Shown here: in pieces, positions 62,227 through 64,000 of the stretch
Numbering within the stretch: the stretch's first letter is position 1
Layout of the letters: each line of letters opens with the position of its first letter
Source: Squalus acanthias
Lineage: Eukaryota
Assembly: GCA_030390025.1 (NCBI GenBank)
Contig: CM059432.1
Span: 67,272,001-67,336,000 of the forward strand
Length of the DNA: 64,000 nucleotides
Direction: 5' to 3'
The notes under the pieces: model-generated
What the model was told of the DNA's origin: nothing
Database searches by the model: none
The model's input: only the letters and a program-made list of their open reading frames with translations
Position numbers and translations under genes: made by a program

Positions 62227-63072
62227 GGGCTGGATTTTGCCAATGGGGAGCTTTTGGAGGCGGGACTCCCACTTGTCGGATTTTAGTCCCGCCTCCATCG
62301 ACTTCTGGCCAACCCACGCTATTTTCCCTTGATTGACCTTGTTAAGCCTGCCCAGCGGGCTTAGCAGGCCAATTAAGGGGAAGCCGGTTACAGAGAACGT
62401 CAGCATATGACGTTTCATCTGTCAAAAATTTTTGACAGATGAATTGTTATCGTTTAACAGCTCTGTGAAGCTGTCAAACACTGACATTCTCTGTAGTTTG
62501 ATGAGTTCTTGTATTCAAGACTCATCAAACCTCTTTTGTGAGCAGAAATGAGATGGTTGTTGCATTGGAGAATGCAGCAGCCATCTGTCATCTCTGCCGG
62601 TGAGATGCGAGACTCTCCGCATCCCCAACGTTTGAAGCCTGCAGGAAGAAACAAAGGTAAGTAAACATTTTCTATCACTTTCCACTCACCTCACATACTT
62701 ACTTCTCCACACTTGCACCTATCACTTACCTTCACAGCACACTTTTGGACCCCTCCGACCCCTGCAGACCCACTGCTCGCCTCGCTGACCCTAGCGGGGT
62801 TCGCAGCCTTCGGGAAGCCCGCACTTGTGTGGGTAAAATGGGGATAATCCTCTTATCTGCCTGTTAACTACCTGTTAACAGGCAGTTAAGTGGCTGTTAT
62901 CCCCTTCCCGCCTCCAAGGAGATGGGACCCGGTGCGGGTCGGCTACCCGCCTCCTGGCAAGATGGCACGGAGGCGGGTTGGGGGCGGGATGGGCACCCGC
63001 CCCCAGATTCTGCCATTTTCCCGGCAGTCCCATCTCCATACCCGCCTTCCCAGCGCTGGCAAGATCGCGCCC
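62227..63072. mobile_element. Harbinger-type MITE (GGAGGCGGG motif group), 846 bp
   Basis: TIRs GGGCTGGATTTTGCCA / TGGCAAGATCGCGCCC; exact TAT TSD. Confidence 0.88.
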
Positions 63073-63092
63073 TATGACTCTACGATTCTCTG

Positions 63093-64000
63093 GCTACGAT
63101 TAGATAGATAAGAATGGAACCAGGCGAGTGCAGTCCCACCCAGCTGGATGACGAGGGAGAGGCGTTGGAGAAGGATGGAGTGGTCAACCGTGTCAAAGGC
63201 TGCAAACAAGTCAAGAAGGACGAGGAGGGATAGTTTTTGTCATAGTCACAAAAGATGTCACTTGTGACTTTGCTGAGAGCCGTTTCGGTACTGTGGTAGG
63301 GCAAAAACCTGATTGGAGGGATTCAAACATGGAGTTGCGTGAAAGGTGGGCACGGATTTGGGAGGCGACAACACGTTCAAGGACTTTGGAGAGGAAAGGG
63401 AGGTTGGAGATGGGGCAGTAGTTTGCAAGGACGGTAGGGTCAAGGGTTGTTTTTTTGCGGAGAGGGGTGATTTGAGGGAGAGGGCAACAGTACCTCAGGA
63501 GAGGGAACTGTTAACAATATCAGCTAACATGGGAGCCAGAAAAAGGAAGTTGGGTGGTCAGCAGTTTTGTGGGAATAGGGTCAAAGGAGCAGGAAGTGGG
63601 TCTCATGGACAAGATGAGCGCAGAGAGGTCATGAGGGGAGATCGGAGAGAAACTGGAGAAAGATGTGAGTTCAGGGCTAGGGCAGGGGGGAACCTTAGAG
63701 GAAGTTTAGCCTGGTGGGCTAGGGGAAGGAAGGGACGTGGCAGAGGCAGCTGATCGGATAGTCTCAGTCTTAGAGACAAAGAAGTCCATGAGCTCCTCAC
63801 ACTTGTTGTCGGAGATGAGGGTGAAGGAGACAGGGGAGAAGGGATTAAGAAGACGGTTATCAGTGGAGAATAGAAGCTGGGGTTTATCTTTGCATTCCAG
63901 AATGATTCTGGAATAGTGAGCAATTTTGGCAGATGAGAGCAGGACCCGGTAATGCTTTAAGTGGTCCAGCCAGATCTGGCGGTAAATGGCTAAACCAGTT
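63093..64000 (-). mobile_element. L2 LINE RT fragment
   Basis: NYRPISNLPFLSKVLERVV-type sequence, HSTETALSKVTSDI, AFDTVDH remnants. Confidence 0.88.

Overview
Eukaryotic, transposon-dense DNA, most likely from a cartilaginous fish (shark). That assignment rests on the repeat repertoire: CR1 LINEs with (TTCTTATG)n tails, L2-group LINEs, a Deu-domain tRNA SINE and Penelope-like elements. No intact, recognisable host gene is present; only a few short candidate + strand exons were found. The window is dominated by PIF/Harbinger DNA transposons: five two-gene or partial autonomous-type copies (a 3-exon Myb/SANT-like gene convergent with a DDE transposase, all with some lesion or truncation) and about ten deletion derivatives or MITEs with 3-bp target-site duplications (TSDs). 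They fall into sub-groups with different subterminal motifs and share conserved TATA/CRE-like promoter modules. Also present: a ~1.1-kb solo LTR with an apparent complete intron in its R region, minimal type-I hammerhead ribozyme motifs in Penelope termini, and an old microhomology-bounded tandem duplication (20913-25278 / 25273-34215) with nearly identical patches that include a duplicated 84-nt candidate exon. All calls were made by eye; no database searches were run.
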